Positions 50,485 through 62,303 of a DNA stretch of 64,000 bases are shown piece after piece (position 1 is the stretch's first letter; each line of letters starts with the position of its first letter). The position numbers were made by a program, and so were the translations under genes. Source of the stretch: Octopus bimaculoides (Eukaryota); contig NC_068981.1 in assembly GCF_001194135.2 (NCBI RefSeq), positions 192,599,854 to 192,663,853 of the forward strand, in the 5' to 3' direction. The notes beneath the pieces are model-generated. The model made no database searches and was not told the DNA's origin. It saw only the letters and a program-made list of their open reading frames with translations.

Positions 50485-50738
50485 GTGATACATATAAAAA
50501 AAGAGTTCTTATTTAGGTATAGACATAATACCTCAGATTTATATAATAGAGTGGAAGAGAAAGAGGAATCTTCAAGGACATTAGCAATGTAATAGTTTAG
50601 AAATAGCAATGTCCAGACACATGGGTTAAATATGTCTATTAAAATGACTGTGTTAAAGTTGTTTTTCCTGATTCTGTTTTGTTTAATGTTCCAGTGAGTT
50701 TGAAGATCCATCTGATTGAGTGTAAACTTTCTTTTCAG

Positions 50739-50901
50739 AATAACCTCGCATAGTTACAGCGATGGAGAAGGGCCTCTTTGTGATACAATATCCACAAAGA
50801 CATTGTTTTATTTGATCTCCACATTGAATGCTTCTTTCCAACCAGACTATGATTTCAGCAAAGCCAAAAGTGAAGAATTCAGTAAAGAATTCTCTGTACA
50901 G
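50739..50901 (+). CDS. MAF1: MAF1 exon 3 ([54 protein letters not shown])
   Basis: CTTTTCAG acceptor and GTACAC donor; 163 nt; TLFYLI.TLN.SF.PDYDFS motif. Confidence 0.97.
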
Positions 50902-53164
50902 GTACACTTTAATACCTTCAACTCTTCCTATCTCAGGTACTTTTGGTTGGTGTATGTTTGGGAAGAAACTGGCTGTAAGGTACCTCTGTTCATGTGGGTT
51001 CCCTGTTCTGCTATCTCATTATTGTTTGTTTTCTTTTCATTCTGTAACAACACATGAAGAGAGAGCAAGTTTGAAATACATTAAGTCAGATTAGCTTGAT
51101 TTTCTAACGAAATTTACTGGATAATATGAGATGTAACAGATAGAACAAAAAAAAAAAAAAACAAAAAAAAACAGTACAAATGAAAACTAAGAAAATATAA
51201 TCATATTCCCTAAATACTTTTGTTTAACCCCTTTAATATCAACTCACCTTTTTTAAAGTGACTTAATTGAAACCTTCCTTAAAAATTTAATGTTAATTTT
51301 ATGTTAATTTATCTCCTACACATCACCTTATTTGCTATATAGTAAATAAGTAAATATAGGAAAATAAAGGCTATCAGATCTCTAGTTTGAATGTAATAAA
51401 TATATAAATATGGAAACTTGTTAGTTTCAAGGTATTTCTAAGCCAAATATAAAACAAATAACTGGATGGGAGGTAGCTTTCAAAATATGCTTCTTTTTAT
51501 TGTATATAATTAACATTTTTGTGAATACGAAAATTTTAATTTTCTAATTAACTAGACTTTTACTAAGCAGCATTGATTGAAATATAGGTTTATACAATTA
51601 TATTTAACATGTTTGTGTACACTTGAATGTGGAAAAAATCCTTTGCTGCTAAAAATGTCTTAAGAGAGAAATTCTCCTTATAAACAGTGTTTATGAAAAG
51701 TACACCATTGGACCATAAATGGTGCCATTGGACTGTAGGACACGTATTTCTGTGTCACATTGGGAAGTACAATTAGAGAAACCCATAGTGATGTGGTATT
51801 AAAAAAACTAGCAGAAACACTACCTGCTGAGCAATATTTTGGTAATGTGTGTCGTATTTGCTTGTACAAAACTGTTGTGCATGCCTACCAATATGTATAA
51901 AACTTAAAGTGAAAAATTTCTGAGTAATTTTGATATTTTCTCTGATATTCTCAAAACATTTCAAAGAAACCCTTTGTAATCACTTATTTTTAATTAAACA
52001 ATTGAATAAAAGTGATGAGGAGAGACAGAGAGAGAAAATGTTTTGAGGAAAGAAAGTGAAAGTATTAGAACGAGCAAGTGGAAGATGAAAAGTATTAAAT
52101 GAGATAACAGGGAAATGGATGCAGCCAAAGTTTGTGTGTATGTGTGTGTGTGAGAGAGAGCGGGAGAAAGGCACACACATACACAGACAAACAGACAGAA
52201 AGAGAGAAGGGACAAAGACTGAAGGGAGGAAGATGTAAAAATTAGGGGGAGGATAAGCGTAAGAAAGAGAAAGACTAATTGGAATAGAAGTGATAAAACA
52301 AACAGAAGCTGGAAAGAGAGAGAGAATGTTGCAAAGTTATGGTAGAAGAAAAGGGATACAAATGTAAGACATTAAAAAACATGTCATATTGAATAAAAAT
52401 TAGTTTTCTGACTGAAGCATGTTGTGGAAATCTTCAATAATAACAGAATTTTGAAAACTACAGTTTGATAAAAAAAACATATTAAAATTGGAATTTATAA
52501 GAATTTTTAAGAAAGTGTAAACTTTAAAAATTGCCTTCTTTTAGTACAGTTAAATACTTGCAACAAATTAGCAGCTTTCTTTATTATAGTATAAATGGCA
52601 CACTTAAATTATAGTTTTATTTTTATATGTTTTATTTTTTACAAAAAATAATTCGTTTTAGAATGTATTGAAGTATTTCAAATTAAAGTCAAGAGGTAAT
52701 TCAATAAGTTTAGAATGTTTATTGATCTTTTAAAAATAGATCGACATTGCTAATAATTTTTGATGAACCTACTTGCACACACACACACACACACACACTC
52801 ATGCGCTTTTAAGAGTAGATGAACATTGCTATTAATTTTTATGAATCTATTTTCATACACATGTACATATATACACGCATACTCAATTATTTGCATATGC
52901 ATTGCTTTGTTCACATGCATACATACACATAAAAGAATTTAAGAAAAACAAATCCAAAAAGACTTGTAGCTCTTTGGCAAAGATTCTTAGTGGAATTTGC
53001 AAATTTTGAGGGTCAGACCCTCCTCCACCAAACATTAGTATTCTCTTCTCTCTCTTGTATACAACAAACTCATCCAAATTTACAAACTTTACTACTTATA
53101 CATACATACATATACACACACACACACCTACATGCATACACACACACACACACACACACACGGT

Positions 53165-53340
53165 ATGTCTCTGCCCCGTGGTTCATACCTTGCCGTGGTG
53201 GGGTGGCTTGTGTGCCTCTATGACCCAGAGAGCTATGCCAACTGGAGTTTATACTCCTGGTAGGGTCACCCATGTTGGACAGGTCAATGGGTAGAGGACA
53301 GACGAATATGAACCTCCTCTCCCCGAGGTTAAAGGGGTCG
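53165..53340 (+). mobile_element. Isolated 5' UTR fragment of an RTE-BovB-like element, with HDV-like ribozyme features
   Basis: CCTTGCCGTGGTGGGGTGGCTTG...GAGCTATGCC...CCTGGTAGGGTCACCCATG resembles RTE/BovB 5' ends; recognised from memory of the family, not from an alignment. Confidence 0.6.
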
Positions 53341-53623
53341 GCTATTTGATTTTACAGAGTGACTTGTGTTTCTGATTGTTTAAGTGAAAGGATTTGATTG
53401 AAGACCCGACCTTACTTCCTGTCAGTTGTTCAACCTACACAAGGGGAAAATTGTGTTGCAGCCTTGAAAGGATGACATAAAACATGGAAGGTATTCATGA
53501 ATGATACATTGGTAGCAGTGTTGTTGTTGTTGTTGTTGAGTGACCAAGAGCACTTTAGTGTGTCTTTGTGAAAGAAAATTCCTTACTGTTTGTAGTTGTT
53601 CTTTATGTTACTTTGTTTATCAG

Positions 53624-53748
53624 AGTGTGGTGAATATGATAAACAACCAACTGTCTGCCGTTATCGGGGACTCCTTCAGTGTGTTTAAGCAGCAACTTTG
53701 GGCAACCATCGATGAAGAGATTTCTTTAACTGATTGTGACATCTTCAG
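53624..53748 (+). CDS. MAF1: MAF1 exon 4 (SVVNMINNQLSAVIGDSFSVFKQQLWATIDEEISLTDCDIFS)
   Basis: TTTATCAG acceptor and GTAAAT donor; 125 nt; LW..IDEEI.L..CDI motif. Confidence 0.96.
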
Positions 53749-55623
53749 GTAAATATATTCTCTCCCTTATCTCTATGTATTTGTTGGTGGTTTTGATTTA
53801 TTGACTATTGGAGTTCATTTTGTAAAGGAAGAAAAAGTACTCAGCCACTTGCTCGTTAATTTCATGAGTGAGTTGTTCTGTTGATTAGCTTGACTGGAAC
53901 ACTCACTGTTGAAACCAATGGAGTGTCAGCTTTTTACTGGGTGCTTTTTATGTGTCACCAAATAACTTACAAGGCAAGACCCCCTCAACTGAAAAGGTAC
54001 ATGTAGTATTGAGGGCGGTGACTTTATGCCAGGTGTCTAGAGGTTAAAGTATGATAGAGGGACAGAAACAGATGTCTTGCAGTAGGGGAGACACACATAC
54101 ATTGTTTAATGTTCACTTTTCCATGTTTGCTTGGATTGAACAGAATTTATTGAGGTAGATTTTCTATGGTCGGATGGCCCTTCCTGTTGCCAACCCTTCC
54201 GTTTCCAAGCAAGGTAATATTTCCCTGTGGCCGGACATGTTTTCACAGAAGATTGGAAATGGATGACACTTGTGATGTGAAGACAAAGAGCAACTCTAAT
54301 CTCCAAGTTTGTTTATCTATTTGTGGAGAAAGGTAGAATATAGGGAAGCTTATGTAATAGGTAAGCTTACCAGGGAGCCTCCATGACTTATTCTATTTGC
54401 CAGAGATAGCTATCAAATCTCCCCCAAATAACACCCTTTTGTCTTAAAATATATAGAATATATTGGATGATAATGTGCTAAATATACTATGTACAAAGAG
54501 GCAGCATAGTCAGGATTGGAACATCCTTGATCAGTCTTGACATAGAAGTAAAGAAAGACAACTTATAAAATAGGCTGCCACTCTATAGTGGAGTAGAGTT
54601 ATCTTTCTATTACAACACCAAAATGGCTAACGTTCTGAGTAATTCTGTTGCAATCCTTTCAAGCTGGGTCTTTGGTCTAAAGGTAACTTCTTCCCTTCCC
54701 ATCAGTCTTGGAGACGCTGAAAAGAGCCACAGGGTTCTACCTTTCCTTCATCAACTAGACCATAAAAATCTGTTTTAAAAAAGAACAGTACTTCTGTCTA
54801 TCTAGTTTGTGAAAGGATTAATTTAGTTAATTTGTCTAATTGGTATGTTTATATTTGGTTACTTTAAAAACTGTTCCCCTAAAACTATAACCTGATTTTT
54901 ACCCAGTTTAGTAGCATTAAATCCTTTAATGCATAGCATGCCCTAGAAACTGGATTAGAAAATTATACGATGTCTTTTACCCTTTACTTATTTCAGTCAT
55001 TAGACTGTGGCCATGGGACAATGCCTTGAAGAATTTTTAGTCAAATGAATCAACCCCATTTCAGAGCACCCAGTACTCTCTGTAAAGTGGTTGGCATTAG
55101 GAAGGGCATCCATGTGTGGAAACCATGCCAAAACAAACAATGGAACCTGGTGCAGATCTGTGGCTTGCAAGTTCCTGTCAAACCAACCAACCTATGCCAG
55201 CATGGAAAACGGATGTTAAAAGATGATGATGATGATGATGATGATGATGATAATTGTGAAATTAGAGTAGTAATGATTCTTTATGCACAATTATATAAAT
55301 AAATTAGTATAATGTCAATTCTAGTAATAATTCCTTTGAATGGTCAGATATTAATATTTTTAATCATTTTAGTCAATAGTTGGCAGCAATACTGAAAACA
55401 CAAACATTTCTGTGTATATTTGTAATAATGGATTAATCATCATCATCATCTACCCAAAACTGATGCCTATTTATTTACAACTTTACAAGGCTGCCTTCAA
55501 CATAAGAATTTTATAGAAATTCATTTTAAAACAAAGTGCTTACTTATAACTCCATCATATCAAAACTTGTGTCTTCATCTCTTTGTTTTAAAAACAACAG
55601 TGATTTGATTGTTTCATTTACAG

Positions 55624-55743
55624 TTACAATCCAGATTTAGTCTCGGATCCGTTTGGAGAAGAAGGCTGTATTTGGTCCTTCAATTATTTCTTCTACAACA
55701 AAAAATTGAAACGAATCATCTTTTTTACGTGCAGAGCCACAAG
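55624..55743 (+). CDS. MAF1: MAF1 exon 5 ([40 protein letters not shown])
   Basis: TTTACAG acceptor and GTAAAG donor; 120 nt, phase 2/2; [30 protein letters not shown] motif. Confidence 0.97.
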
Positions 55744-56154
55744 GTAAAGCATTTACTGAAATTCTTTGAAATTTGTTTTGATTTATAACATTATTAAAAT
55801 ATATCCTCTATTATTATTAAATAAATATATTTTATAATAAATGCTTCATTATGCAACTTCAAATATTCACTATTGTTGATACCTATTCTTATATATAACC
55901 AGTGATAAAATGTTGAGTAATTATAAGAAATGAAAGAATTACAGACACCGATTCAAATAGTTGGGACAATTGGTCTTATAATTTACTTTTATACACATAT
56001 ACAGAAACAAAGAACTTTTAGTTAAAAAAATATATATACTATTTTTTCTAGAGAGAATTACTCTTTTTTTTTTAACTATATTTATAATTTAATGGTATTA
56101 TTGTAAGAGTTTTACATAAAACAAATGAAATATTTTTTGATAAGAGAAGTTTAA

Positions 56155-56372
56155 CTCTTTCGTTCCTTTTTGTTTCTGTTGAAACTCACTGCCATTGTTT
56201 CACTTAACTTTGAAAATAATGAATTTAATAAAATAACTGTTATAATTAAGTTGGTGTTTGGAACATAAATTAACAGGAAATTTTAATGAAAGGTTTTGAT
56301 TTACATGACTTCAAACTGGAAATTTGTATCATAGATACAGGAGCTGCATCAGGCTGTTTAGTGTCAAAAGGT
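56155..56372. mobile_element. piggyBac-type MITE, older copy of the 13846 family
   Basis: TTAA at 56151-56154 and 56373-56376; degenerate TIRs; internal similarity to the outer segments of 13846-14241. Confidence 0.6.
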
Positions 56373-56705
56373 TTAATATAAGTTCTAGCTTTACTTATTT
56401 ACATGAATATAGACATTGACAGGAATTATTGGAGACAGTGGAATATAAAAAGCACCATCTGAATGTGGCTGATGCCAGTACCCCCTGACTGGCTCTTGTG
56501 CCGGTGGCACGTAAAAAGCACTCACTACACTCTCAGAGTGGTTGGCGTTAGGAAGGGTATCCAGCTGTAGAAACATTGCCAGATCAGATTGGAGCCTGGT
56601 GCAGCCACTGGCTCTCCAGACCTCAGTCAAACCATCCAACCCATGCCAGCACAGAAAATGGACGTTAAACAATGATGATGGTGTTTCATAAGTAGCTCAA
56701 GTAGC

Positions 56706-56737
<32 letters not shown>

Positions 56738-58880
56738 AGGTGTTGGCTTGTTTAGATATGATGGAGTCTTATTTAAAGATGCAACTTTTGCTATATTACC
56801 ATCATATCGTTCTTAATTTAAGAAAGATGTTTAATATTTAACCAATAACATATGCTAAAGACATTTGTTTGGATTTTTCAAAAGAATTTAATTTAATGGA
56901 ACTGTTGTAATAAGCATTTCCAATAATTACGATCATTTCTAGTACAATTATTGCAGACCATGTGATCAGACCCATAGAAAAAAGACAATCACACCTACTG
57001 TGTTCTCCTGTATAATATTCACTCAATAACCTATTGTTAGTATTTTTCTAAAACAAATATCTCTATCTTACAGTTGGACCTTAATACTAAATACTCTGTT
57101 ACTGCAGGAAAAAACCCCAAGAAAAAAAAAAAAAACTCTATTGCTTCTTTTACTCTTAAGTTTTTCAATTATTGATTTTTATTTCTAACTTATTAAACTT
57201 CAACAGAATTTTCTTTTGTCTATATAATTCAATGTTAAGAATCCCTCCTTCATTCCTCCTTATAAACCCTCGGATCCAGATTGTTCCTTCTTTCCATCTA
57301 TGATTGACCAAATGGTTACCCATATCATTTCAATTCCTACTCTTATATTATAATCATTGAGGTTAGTTAAATTACCCCACTTTCTATATTGGCTACAACA
57401 GAGCTGCAAATATTTTTCACATCAGATTTCTATCAAGTGGATAAATGTGTAGAACTGCTTCTACAAGTCATTGCTTTTGAAATTTGTAAATGAAATTACT
57501 TCAGACAAAAAATTTGGATTGTTATATTACAGATGACAAATCTATTATAATTCACTTTAAACAAGCCACCGAGAAAATAAAAAGATGCAATTACTAAAGG
57601 GGTTAATGAGTTTTCTTTCATCCCTAATTGTATATACTCAGACATTCTCATGTGAATCAAGCTTGGAAATAACTCAGCCCACTTCTTAATCTGAGTCTCC
57701 TCAGATGTGGTCATTCTACTTCAGTATTAAACATTTTAATCTCATATTGCTTCTAATTCTGCTCATCACATAATTAAAATCCCTTGAATACAATTTCCTT
57801 ATGTATCGATGCATAGTTATCAATTATAAAAAAACCCCAACAATTCTGGAATGAGGCTCTTGCTGTTAATCACCAGATTTGTCTCCCTTGATTACTAAAT
57901 TTACTTCTTGCACTATCGCATTTCTCCTAAAATTTATAAAGTATACAAGTGTATACTCCATATCCAAGAACACTAATCTGTTGGACTTCTGTTATTACTG
58001 ACCAGTTACTCTCATTTTTAAAATATACCCACCTATTTATTAAACTACACCCACAGGTAACTTTGAATTTCTCCTCTTCAATACATATTGGCCAGTAAAT
58101 AAGTGAAGCTCTTCTGTTCAGTCTGTATTTCTGAACGACCAGCTCATGTTCACTTGCTAGTACACAAAATCTAATGTAAAACTTGAATTTGTTTGGATTA
58201 TTATATTTCAAATTTTCAAGAAATAAAAAAATCAGAATTTTAACTTAAAAAGAAATAATTCAAGGAGTGCATGTGCAATGATGAGAATCCAAACAATAGC
58301 AAAATATTCTTCATATTTTTAAGGTAAATTTAAGGTGGCAAACTGGCAGAATCATTACTGTGCCAGACAAAATGCTTAACAGCTTTTCCCCCAAGTTTAT
58401 GTTCTGAGTTCAAATTCTGGTGAGGTTGAATTTGCCCTTCATCCTTTTGGGGTTGATAAAAAAATTACCAGTTGAGCACTGGAGTCGATGTAACCAACTT
58501 ACCCTCCCTCCTAAAGTTTCTGACTTTGTACCAAAATTTAAAACCAATATATTCTAGCAAATTCGAATATGAATATGTGATCACTGTTTTCTGCATCAGA
58601 ATGTGTTACAATGTGTTAAGAAAGAATAGATACATTATTGCTTGGATTCTCATTGCTCTGCATGCATATCATGAACCATTGTCAGTTTAGTAGACATCAG
58701 CACCCATCATTTATAATTTATGTTTTAATCACCAGCTTAATAAGGACAAAGTCATTTTAAATTCTTTATTATTTTCAAAACTAATTGAAACAAAGACTGT
58801 ATTTCAAAAGAAACCCTAACCCTAACAAAGCAGTTAAGCAATGGAGATGAGAAGTCAGGCAATATGTAAAGTGATGTTTG

Positions 58881-59110
58881 AAGGCGGTGAGCAGGCAGAA
58901 TTGTTAGCACGCCAGGCGAAATGCTTAGTGGTATTTCGTCTGCTGCTACGTTCTGAGTTCAAATTCCGCCAAGGTCGACTTTGCCTTTCATCCTTTCGGG
59001 GTCGATTAAATAAATACCAGTTATGCACTGAGGTCGATGTAATTGACTTAGTCCCTTTGTCTGTCCTTGTTTGTCCCCTCTGCATTTAGCTCCCTTGTGG
59101 GCAATAAAGA
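58881..59110 (+). mobile_element. Full-length family-B SINE with 17-bp target-site duplication, MAF1 intron 5
   Basis: AATATGTAAAGTGATGT at 58861-58877 and 59115-59131 flanks the copy. An older copy lies at 58335-58550. Confidence 0.9.
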
Positions 59111-59450
59111 ATTAAATATGTAAAGTGATGTCAATAAATAAAGAAAAAGACCAGATGTCGTATCACTCTGTACAGCTTGTTTAAAGTTTCTAATATATTT
59201 TGGGAAAGCTCTCTTTTATCAAATATAAGATAGAATATTTTGCAGATTAGAGAAAATGTGTTATCAGCAGGCTGTTTGGGTGTAATAATGAGGTTTTTTC
59301 TCCAGACTTTTGTCAGACCTTCCTTTATTATGATATTATGTGATAAAATATGTATTTAAGAAGTTGCACTCCTCCACCATACCTTCATAATCAGCTTTAA
59401 TTATTATTTTTGTAATGATTAATTAATTTTCTTATCTTTCTCTCTCCTAG

Positions 59451-59522
59451 TTGGCCAGTAGCCTATACAGACCTTGAATCTTGTCAAAATATAGGCTTCA
59501 TTGAAGACATAACAATGATTGA
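59451..59522 (+). CDS. MAF1: MAF1 exon 6, predicted (WPVAYTDLESCQNIGFIEDITMIE)
   Basis: Strong pyrimidine tract plus TAG acceptor and GTAAGT donor; 72 nt, phase 2/2, open in the required frame. The C-terminal tail is poorly conserved, so support comes from splice signals and frame only. Confidence 0.75.
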
Positions 59523-62284
59523 GTAAGTCTTATTCATTTGTTTTAATTACTAAACTTCCATTTCTACTTTTTGAATTTCATTTATCCTTCTACACCAAAT
59601 TGATTGTTTATAGGTGGGAGCAGGTGAGTATTTCACAGATGTATGTGTGTCTTGCCTCTCATATTTACTAGTACCTAAGGTACTTGTTTAGAAACTAAGG
59701 GCCTCTTTCTCTCACCCCCAGTTTTGGTAGCAGAGACAAGAAAAGTTATCTTCATCATCATTTCTTAACATCCATTTTTGTCATGCTTGCTTGGGTCAGT
59801 TGGAATTCATTGAGACAGATTTTCCATGTCTAGATACTCTTCATGTTGTGTGGCAAGACATGTTTTCATGGAAAATTAAAAACGACTTCTCTTGTATGAT
59901 GGTGGCACTCATTTATAACTATCCTGTGATGTCAAGACAAGGAGAGACAAGCACATGCGCACCTGCACATACACACACACAATGGGTTTCTTTCCGATTC
60001 CATCTACCAGACACGCACGCAATGAGCTTCTTTCAGTTTCCATCTACCAGACATGCACAAAGCTTTGCTTGGCATGAGGCTATAGTAAAAGACCTTGTTT
60101 AAGGTGCCACACAGTGGGACTGGCCTAAAACCATGTTGTTGGTCAGAAAGCTTCTTAACCACACAGCCATAAGTATTTTGAAATAATGTAGTTTGCCTAC
60201 AATTTACAGTGTTTATGTTGTAGAAAGTAATCAGATGTTAATACCACTTTGTTGTTTTCCTCATACAAAAGTATAAAGGAGATTGTGTTTCATGGCTAAT
60301 TGGTCACTCTTCAAAGGTTCAATTCCTTTCATGTTTGTTTTACAACCATTTTGCTAGTATGGGTTAGACAAATATATTATTGAGACAATGTATTTACATC
60401 TGGATGCCCTTCCTGTCACTGACCTTTCCTTGTTTTTTAAGTAATGGATTTCTCATTTCACATGTCATCAAAAGCATAAGTCCAGTGGACAATTTGTTGA
60501 GAGGAGAAATGACAACACTGCTTGGAGCTTGGGGTTGTCAGACAAGTGCAAATATAACTATATGCACACGCACATACATATTTACATTTGTATGTGTGTG
60601 TGTTTGTGTGTATTAATGAATACTTACACTCACCCACACACACTCCTCTATTTTATATCTCTTTCCAATTCCACTCTGGTAACTCTTGTGAACTTCATGT
60701 CAACCTCAGTAGTGCTGGTGCTATGAAAAAAAAAAAAGCACCCAGTACACTCTGTAAAGTGGTTGGCATTAGGAAGAGTATCCAGTCATGGAAGAAAACA
60801 TACCACAGCAGACATTGGAGCATGATGCTGTCTTTGGTTCAATCAGAGCCTGTCAAACCATCCAACTCATGCCAGTATAAAAGACGGACTTCCATAAACT
60901 TCTTATACACCCATACCACTTCTGTAACTTGAGTGACTTGTCCCAACACATCTTCACCATCCTACATTTATCTCCTCTTTAACCTCTCATCACCTGGTAT
61001 AAAGACACCTCTCTCAATACTACTCCCCACTTAGATGAAGGGTCTTGTCTTGCGAGTTACTTGGTGATCTCACTAGTGTTAGTGTCATGTAAAAGGCATT
61101 GGGTACACTTTGTACAGTGCTTGTCATTAGGAAGTGCATCCTGTCATTGAAACCATACCAAATCAGACAGTGGAGTTTAGTGACGCCATCTGGCTTGCCA
61201 GCTCCTGTCTAACCATCCAATCCATGCCAACATGGAAAATAGACATGAAATAATGATGGTGGTGACAACAAGGTTATTTTTCAGTTTCTTTCTACCAAAC
61301 TACCTGTAAGGCTTTTTGTCCACCTGGGGCTATAGCACAAGACACCCCAGATGCAGTATAGTGGGACTGAACCTAAAACCACATGGTTAGGAAGCATTTG
61401 CTATTCAGTTCTCTTTATTGAGGGTGACCAGTCGGACATGAAACAAGCTGGGTTAATCTTTATTTTTTTTGCCTGTAAGAAAATTAACATGTATTTAAAT
61501 TATAGATTCTACAGGGTAGGTATACCATAGACGATAGTCTATCCGCATTAAATTTATCTTAGATTTTTCTAGCACATGCCCTGCATAAAATATTTATTAA
61601 GTATTTGGAACATTGATTTTCAGTCATTCAACTTCCAAATAATTTACTGAATGATCACACTTCTTGTTGCACATTTTGATGTTTATCCTATGTATTACAG
61701 TGTGTGTGTATTGAATTTAGAATGTTTCACATGAAAAACGACATTTGAGCATGGTCGTTGCCAGTGCTGGCAGACTGGCTCCTGTGCGGGTAGCACGTAA
61801 AAAACATCTTTTGAGCGTGGTTGTTGCCAGAACCGCCTGACCAGCCCTTGTGCCAGTGGCATGTAAAAAGTACCCACTACACTCTTGGAGTGGTTGGTGT
61901 TAGGAAGGGCATCCAGTTGTAGAAACTTTGCCAGATCAGATTGGAGTCTGATGCAGCCTTCTGGCTCTCCAGTCCTCAGTCAAACCGTCCAACCTATGCC
62001 AGCATGGAAAGCGGACATTAAATGACAACGATGATGATGATGATAAGTATATGATCATGTAATTAGTTTTCTCTATTGTACATCTGTATGTGAATACATA
62101 GTAATATGCTGGGTATGCATATTATTGTAAATGTGTGCAAAACAGCTGTAATCATCATCATCATCATTATCATCGTATATGGAAATAATAAACCTGTATT
62201 CATTTCTCGCACCTTCTGATTCTATACTTATATATTTGATAGTATGTGTATATATTTACTTGTGTTTTTTTCTTGTCTTTGCAG

Positions 62285-62303
62285 GGACGGAGAGATGTAT
62301 TAA
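62285..62303 (+). CDS. MAF1: MAF1 exon 7, terminal, predicted (DGEMY*)
   Basis: Acceptor ttttttcttgtctttgCAG; phase-2 entry gives GAG GAC GGA GAG ATG TAT TAA. Total CDS is 720 nt, or 239 aa plus stop. Followed by about 1.7 kb of repeat-free, UTR-like sequence. Confidence 0.7.

Noticed and set aside
54621-54682. ATG-initiated mini-exon MANVLSNSVAILSSWVFGLK with a GT donor in MAF1 intron 4
   Set aside because: It ends in phase 0 while exon 5 needs phase 2, and there is no promoter or homology evidence.
57150-58250. Possible ancient L1/Tx1 endonuclease remnant on the minus strand (RDFNY, NRFVIC)
   Set aside because: Motifs are too degenerate and scattered to support without a profile search.
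601-61877. Recurrent short ORFs such as ...LQSDLAxFLQLDALPNANHSESVV...
   Set aside because: These are antisense translations of the repeated RTE 3' tail, not a gene family.
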